In this document: positions 57,621-64,000 of the stretch, in pieces
How positions within the stretch are numbered: position 1 is the stretch's first letter
Layout: each line of letters begins with the position of its first letter
NCBI GenBank assembly: GCA_964016885.1
Contig: OZ024765.1
Coordinates: forward strand, 14,446,001 to 14,510,000
Reading direction: 5' to 3'
Length of the DNA: 64,000 bases
Origin: Eledone cirrhosa
Taxonomy: Eukaryota
Translations under genes and position numbers: made by a program
Notes under the pieces: model-generated
The model's input: the letters and a program-made list of their open reading frames with translations, nothing else
What the model was told of the DNA's origin: nothing
The model's database searches: none

Positions 57621-57780
57621 ATCACCACCGTCCTCTCATGTTCATGAATGTTGTTCTCTCTCTCTTGTCCTTTTCCCTTCTCAGTAACCCCTTATATTTT
57701 AGTTGCTTTATAGCCCTGCATGGCGGGAATATATATACATGAGATGTCTAAGTATTAGAGACAAACCACCATCTACTTTA

Positions 57781-57948
57781 CAGTATTTCCCGCCGTCGAA
57801 GACGCTACGTTTTTCCTAAAATAAGTCTAAAAAGTTTACCATACGTCCTGGAGACCGAAGGTTGTTTAGTATTTTTTTCCTAATTTTTCGTTGTCAAAAT
57901 TAGGGTGCGTCCTCGAGGACGAAGCATCTTCGGCGTCGGGAAATACGG
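57781..57948. mobile_element. Tc1/mariner-pogo type MITE
   Basis: TA-CAGTATTTCCCGCCGTCGAAGA...TCTTCGGCGTCGGGAAATACGG-TA: imperfect TIRs with TA target duplication. Confidence 0.7.
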
Positions 57949-58380
57949 TACTATGTATATATGTATGTACAAAGAGCAGAAGAACTCATAAGGGTCAACG
58001 GCCATCCGAAAGTGTGTAAATATGTATATAGACATGTACCGCGCGGTTAAACCACTGGAACTGAAGGGCCCCTAGCTTTTGTCAGGCCATTCTTCTAGGA
58101 GAAGGCAACTCAGGAAACTGGGATAACTCCGATATAAAACCTGCGGCTCAGTAGTTACCGATGATGTTGATCTTTTTTTCTTTTCGGGTTATAGCTACTG
58201 TCGCTCAGAGAGTGGGATTGGATCAGTGCACAGTCTTTCCTCACTTTAAAAAATATCTTCACGCACAGGCATTGCACGATAGAATTAATTAATAATTATT
58301 AATAATGGTATATCGTGCAATGGCCATACTCGATAAGGAGGGGGCAGCCATCATGTATGTATATATGTATGTGTGTGTGT

Positions 58381-58824
58381 GTGTAACAGTTAGCATGGTT
58401 GCCTTCCAAGCAGTCGATCCGGGTTCGTCTCCCAGCCGAAGCAGGCAGAATTCTAGGAGAAGGAAAGCTCTGATATAACACCTGCAACTCTGATGGTATC
58501 CAATGATGTTGACTTGTTCTTCTTTTTGGTAAATATCATCTTGGTTAAGAGAGTGGGACTGGCTTTGTGCAGTGCCTTTGCTCACTATAAAAGCTTCACG
58601 GCACAGGCATTGCTTTATATCTGGAGATCTCTCTGCACTTGTCGTCACATGGTACCATGGGCCCAGCACTATGTGTCAATAATTGTCACAAGTGTAGCAT
58701 TTGTACCAGAGTTTTCAAGTCGCTGGCTGGACTAAAAAGTCACACTCGTTCAGCGCATCGGTAGGAGTTCTCCTACATGGATATAAAGTAGTGGCCGTAC
58801 TCGAAAACGAGTTGGCAGCCACCA
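58381..58824 (+). mobile_element. SINE with tRNA-Gly(TCC)-derived head; headless body copy at 20402-20782(-)
   Basis: 58381-58443 matches the 3' three-quarters of tRNA-Gly (agcat.gttgccTTCCAAgcagt.gatccgggttcg.ctccc.gcc.a.gca), followed by ctaggagaaggaaa.ctctgat (RTE/Ceph-like). Confidence 0.65.
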
Positions 58825-59362
58825 TGTGTGTATGTATGTATGTATGTATGTATGTATGTATGTATGCATGCATGTATGTATGTATGTATGTATGTATGTT
58901 CTTCTGGTTTTGTAATTTCACAAATGTTTGCCAATAGAGAGAGAGAGTCGGTTTCTAACATAGATACAAGGCTCTTTCATTGGAATTTAGACAACATCAA
59001 CTAGGTAGGTATGTATGCATGTCTGCAAGCATGCATGTGTGTGCAGGTATGGATGTTATTGTATGTGTGGATGTGTATGTTTTGAGTTATATGTGTGCAT
59101 GTGCATACGCTTTGTATCTCTACAAGTGTATATATGCAGTTATGCAGTTATGTATGTATGTATGTATGTATGTATGTGTGTGTGTGTGTGTGTGTGTAAC
59201 GATGTATATATGTGTGTACAAATGTATATATGTATGGATACAAATAGATCAACAAACGCACACATACTCTCTCCCTCTCTCTGTCACACACACACACACA
59301 CACCCATATATAAATATATATAATATATATATATAATATATGTATGTATGTATATATACATG

Positions 59363-59422
<60 letters not shown>

Positions 59423-60556
59423 TATATATATATACATACATACATTCAAACAGATACATGAAACAGGTAAAACACTAAGATCCCCCCCCCCCCGCCACCT
59501 CCGCGGCGCTTCTTATAGAAATATTTCACATTAAACTTCTTACTACAAAGATGAAGGGTGGAGCATGACGGAAGCGGGGCGGGGCGGAGGAGGGCGGTGA
59601 AACTGGGTGGATCCAGAGCTGGTAGGTTGATGTGTTGGTGTTGGTGGTGGTGGTGGTGGTGGTGCTGTTGTAGTGACGGCGCGAGGGTGATGTTGGGGCC
59701 GCGAATATTCCTATAATTCTTTAATACTTCTTTACAGGAATATCTGATATTCTCAAGATCACACACACACACACACACACAAAGAGTGAAATTTTACTTA
59801 ATCCGGCATCACCGCCGTAAACCCCCCAAACACAGTACCCCGCCACCATTACTCCACACCTTCACCCCACGGTGGACTTGTGGCATATGGGAGCCATGTC
59901 GCACCTACACCTTTCAAATTAGTTACTTGCCATAATAATCCTTAAACTCGCCCATCCACTACCACATCACCACCAACACCACCAACACGACCCTAAATCC
60001 GAAAGCCCCGCCGCCTTTTTCTTCTACCCACCTTCTTCACCAAACCCCCGCCGAGCCCCCCCCCCCAGCTTTCGAATTTTCTCATAGTTTCTTTCTAACT
60101 TTCTCTTTCGTTCTCTTTCTTTCTTTTTCTTTCTTTCTTTCCTTCTAACTTTCTCTTTCCGTCTCTTTCTTTCTTTCCCCTTTTCTTTCTTTCTTTCTTT
60201 CCTTCGAACTTTCTCTTTCTTTCCCCTTTTCTTTCTTTCTTTCTTTCTTTCCTTCTAACTTTCTTTTTCTTTCTCTTTTTCCTTCTAACTTTCTCTTTCG
60301 TTCTATTTCTATCAGTCTTTCTTTCCTTCTAACTTTCTCTTTCTCTCTTTCTTTCATTCTTTCCTTCATTCTTAATTTCTTTCGTTCTTTCCTTCTTTCT
60401 CTCTTTCTTTCTTCCTTATATATTCTCCTTTTCTTCCCTACTTCGTTTTCTGTGTTTATTACGGGGCATGAAATAAAAAGCACTCACGCACACATAAGGA
60501 GATACCTACACACACACACGCACACACATTATATAAAATGTACTTTCATCTATATA

Positions 60557-60595
<39 letters not shown>

Positions 60596-60793
60596 TATAT
60601 ATTAGCAACTCTACTACAGCAAGTATCGAGTACTCTGGTGAGTAAAGATCTCTCTGATTTTTGCGTCCTCCATTCTGATATATATATATATATTGATATA
60701 TATATATATATAATTATAAACGTATACATATATATATAATTATATTATATATATATATATATAATTATATTATATATATATATATATATAATG

Positions 60794-60826
<33 letters not shown>

Positions 60827-61075
60827 ATTATATTATATATATATATATACATATATATATAATTATATATATATATATATAATTATATATATAAACATCT
60901 ACATATATAATTACATAGATATATATATATATATATAACGTAGGAGTTGTGGTAAGGAACCAGATGGACCATAACGCACCAGAGCACTCAATACTTAGAG
61001 TAGTAGAGTGGGTAATAGGAGACAGTATGACTCCGGCGGCAGAGCTCAAGCCGTTTCGACGGCTAATTCTGGACT

Positions 61076-61210
<135 letters not shown>

Positions 61211-61511
61211 TATATATATATATATAATTGGATGCTTAGTAAAATCGAAATATACATATATACATATATAATTATATATATATATATACATGTATAATTA
61301 TATATATATATATATCTATATATATATATATATATACATGTATATATATATATATATACACATGTATATATACCCATATATACATGTATGGTCATGTGTA
61401 ACTATATATTTATGCATGTATTTCATACGAGACTTCAATCATTTATAAAGTTTTCGTCATTCTCTCCTACTAACTATCAATCACTTAACGGACATTTCCG
61501 CACACTTAGAC

Positions 61512-61566
<55 letters not shown>

Positions 61567-61569
61567 TAC

Positions 61570-61677
<108 letters not shown>

Positions 61678-61902
61678 ACACGCATATACACCTATATATA
61701 TATATATATATATAACGAAGGAGGTGTGGTAAGGAAGCAGATGGATCATAACGCTCTGCCGTCGGGGTGAAACATTTTCCTATATATATATATAATATAT
61801 ATATGTATATATATATATATATAATATATGTATATATATATGATATATATAAATATATATAAATATATATATATTATATATATAAATATATATATATTAT
61901 AT

Positions 61903-61934
<32 letters not shown>

Positions 61935-62007
61935 GATATATATAAATATATATAAATATATATATATTATATATATATATATATATAAATAAATATATAT
62001 ATATTAT

Positions 62008-62060
<53 letters not shown>

Positions 62061-62076
62061 ATATATATAATATATG

Positions 62077-62110
<34 letters not shown>

Positions 62111-62126
62111 ATATATATAATATATG

Positions 62127-62158
<32 letters not shown>

Positions 62159-62166
62159 ATATATAA

Positions 62167-62244
<78 letters not shown>

Positions 62245-62439
62245 ATAGATACCCATATATAATATATATATATACATATATACATATATATATATATATA
62301 ATATATACACATACACACATATATAAATACATACTCAAATCTTCATATATATCAATGTATATATATAGAACTATATATATATATATATATATACATATAA
62401 ATATATATATACCATATACATATTTACACTCACACATAT

Positions 62440-62484
<45 letters not shown>

Positions 62485-62533
62485 AACATATATATATATA
62501 TACACACACACTCACACACACATACATATATAT

Positions 62534-62587
<54 letters not shown>

Positions 62588-62953
62588 TCGATAATATTCA
62601 ATTAATGGAAGTGCCGAGCGCTTTACTTTAATAAGTTATCTTTCGCTGATGGCTAAGATTAGATAGCAGAGAGAAAAAAAAAGTTAACGTCCATAGAATT
62701 GGCTGCAACGATTCTTGATTAAAGTCAAAATTGATCTATCAACGGAACGCCATTCCTTGCCAAGATCACGACCAATATTCTTCCCATCCAACTATCAGAT
62801 AATGAAATTTTCAAAACCTGAAATAACCTATAGAAGATTCCTACACCACCCTTCCCTCTCTCTTTCCACCGCCGCTATCCTCTCGGCCCCGCTCTTTCTT
62901 TCTCTCATCCTCCAACTCTTTTCCCCATTCTCGTTCTTGCACTGATGAAGGTG

Positions 62954-63038
<85 letters not shown>

Positions 63039-63146
63039 GTAAATATCTATATCTATCTATATATATATTTATATATACACATTTTTATATGTATACATGT
63101 ATATAATTATATATATATATTATATATATATATATATATATGTATT

Positions 63147-63183
<37 letters not shown>

Positions 63184-63186
63184 TAT

Positions 63187-63221
<35 letters not shown>

Positions 63222-64000
63222 CTCGCTCACACACGCATGCATATATATATATATATATATACTTTGGTATGTGTATGTATATAGGGATATGTATAGGGAT
63301 GTGTATATGTATATATATGAGTGTGTGTGTATGCGGTTTGAATGCTGGATATTTTGGTTTTTCATTTTGTTAACCGCAGTAGGTGGCGTTAGTAGTCGGG
63401 GATGGTGTGAGTCGTGTTGCTAGTGGGGGGTGTGTTGGTTGTTGTTGTTGGTATTGGTAGTGGTGTTAATGGTGGTAGTTGTCACACTATTGATGTCATT
63501 AATCGTGTCGAAGGTGGTGATGGTAGTGGTGGTGTTGGTGGTGGTGCTGCTGCTGGTGGTGGTGGTGGTGCTGATGGTGGTGGTGGTGGTGTTGCTGGTA
63601 GTGATGGTAGTGATGTAATTGGTGGTGGTGGTGGTGGTGGTGGTGGTAGTGGTGGTGGTGGTGCTGCTGCTGCTGCTGCTGGTGGTGGTGGTGTTGCTGG
63701 TAGTGATGGTAGTGATGTAATTGGTGGTGGTGGTGGTGGTAGTGGTGGTGGTGGTGGTGCTGCTGCTGCTGCTGCTGCTGGTGGTGGTGGTGGTGTTGCT
63801 GGTAGTGATGGTAGTGATGTAATTGGTGGTGGTGGTGGTGGTGGTGGTAGTGGTGGTGGTGGTGCTGCTGCTGCTGGTGGTGGTGGTGGTGGTGTTGCTG
63901 GTAGTGATGGTAGTGATGTAATTGGTGGTGCTGGTGGTGGTGGTGGTAGTGGTGGTGGTGGTGGTGGTGGTGGTGCTGCTGCTGCTGGTGGTGGTGGTGG

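Noticed and set aside
58381-58443. Functional tRNA-Gly gene
   Set aside because: The 5' acceptor strand is replaced by (GT)n, the T loop is mutated, and it is fused to a repeat body.
62940-62956. CTGATGAAGG hammerhead start (also a degenerate one at 7255 with GATA for GAAA)
   Set aside because: Truncated by (TA)n or core mutated; remnants at best.

Overview
AT-rich, repeat-dominated animal genomic DNA, most likely an octopus or other coleoid cephalopod (inferred from the extreme (TA)n/(AAT)n/(CAT)n microsatellite load and the SINE/LINE types). One protein-coding gene is recognisable: seven minus-strand GT-AG exons (19741 down to 2283) splice in frame into fibronectin type III repeats 1-3 of an anosmin-1 (ANOS1/KAL1) orthologue. 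I could not find its N-terminal Cys-rich/WAP exons or its 3' exons. Nearly all ORFs in the supplied track are microsatellite artefacts. The rest is tRNA-derived SINEs, fragments of RTE, R4/Dong, CR1 and Penelope-like retroelements, a pogo/mariner-type MITE, several TE-derived minisatellites and a 200-N gap. The most striking signal is roughly 20 type I hammerhead-ribozyme motifs (CUGANGA...GAAA...NUH) from several unrelated sequence families. Many have palindromic stem III, some show compensatory U3-A8 and stem II changes, and most sit in fold-back inverted repeats inserted in (TA)n tracts. This looks like a dense Penelope-like/retrozyme system, some copies of it on the same strand as the anosmin gene. 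A 46-bp tandem duplication of an anosmin splice acceptor also creates a competing frameshifting 3' splice site.
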